Shown here: one piece after another, positions 63,557 through 64,000 of the stretch
How the letters are laid out: each line of letters begins with the position of its first letter
Numbering within the stretch: the first letter of the stretch is position 1
DNA from: Dipteris shenzhenensis
Taxonomy: Eukaryota
NCBI GenBank assembly: GCA_047967505.1
Contig: CM106538.1
Reading direction: 5' to 3' (one strand)
Length of the DNA stretch: 64,000 bases
Made by a program: the position numbers and the translations under genes
The notes under the pieces: model-generated
The model's database searches: none
Told to the model about the DNA's origin: nothing
What the model saw: the letters and a program-made list of their open reading frames with translations, nothing else

Positions 63557-64000
63557 TTATTCTTGCACCCGATCACTATTAATTGTTGTAGCTCCCATCT
63601 CTTGATCAGCACCAAGCAACTCATTCATTGCATTGATCCATTGGACAATGAATGATGCTCGGCCTTGGTCCTTCTCAATTGCAACACAATTTTGGCCCTT
63701 CTCCAAAGCACAAATGATGGTAGGAGCCATACAAGAGATACAAAATGAATCCACTCTCAAACCATAATAACTCTATCATCTCATTGATCAATCTGTCAGG
63801 CTTCTGATAGCAATTGACCAAATGATGGGATGCATCTAAGAAGCATAACTTTCTTGTCACAATAGGATACTTGAATACATTTTTGACATTTGTTTTTCTA
63901 CAATACATCCCAACCTTTCTCTTCTTAGAGGTAGAGAAATATCCAATTGTATCATCTCAAATAAACTAACCACTCTATCCCCTGGCATGTGTGTCAGATT
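63557..64000 (-). pseudogene. C-terminal half of a beta-class N4-cytosine/N6-adenine DNA methyltransferase (N6_N4_Mtase-like), frameshifted, runs off the window
   Basis: Joined frames read RVVSLFEMI/TIGYF..KNVFKYP..VNCYQKPDRLINEMIE..GFILYLLYGS/TIICALEKGQNCVAIEKD..FIVQWI. This matches the QKP..L..LI..G..ILD.F.GSGT..A...GR.C.AIE.D pattern. Confidence 0.72.

Overview
Repeat-rich nuclear DNA from a land plant, most likely a fern (inferred from a KP-type PPR-DYW gene, unedited organellar inserts and the TE content). It holds two long intact host ORFs: a PLS-class PPR RNA-editing factor (4674-8108, -) whose DYW domain is frameshifted off, and a single-exon LAS/SCL18-like GRAS transcription factor (33036-35585, +). 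The PPR sits in a locally rearranged block with a 1.5-kb near-identical partial PPR duplicate, a ~305-bp inverted repeat and an orphan first exon of a SKIP1-like F-box gene. The remainder is nested TEs: two copies of a CACTA-superfamily element with CACAA termini and divergently oriented TnpD/TnpA genes, CACTA remnants, hAT-type MITEs, Ty3/gypsy and Ty1/copia fragments, solo LTRs, an L1 LINE and a plastid+mitochondrial mosaic insert. The most notable signals are a decayed prokaryote-type beta-class N4C/N6A DNA methyltransferase at the right edge (63557-64000), a spliced BAH-like chromatin-reader fragment among TEs, the divergent CACAA transposon, tandem decayed DYW domains and a sharp G-to-C skew switch inside the GRAS CDS. 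All family calls come from motif recognition by eye; no database searches were run.
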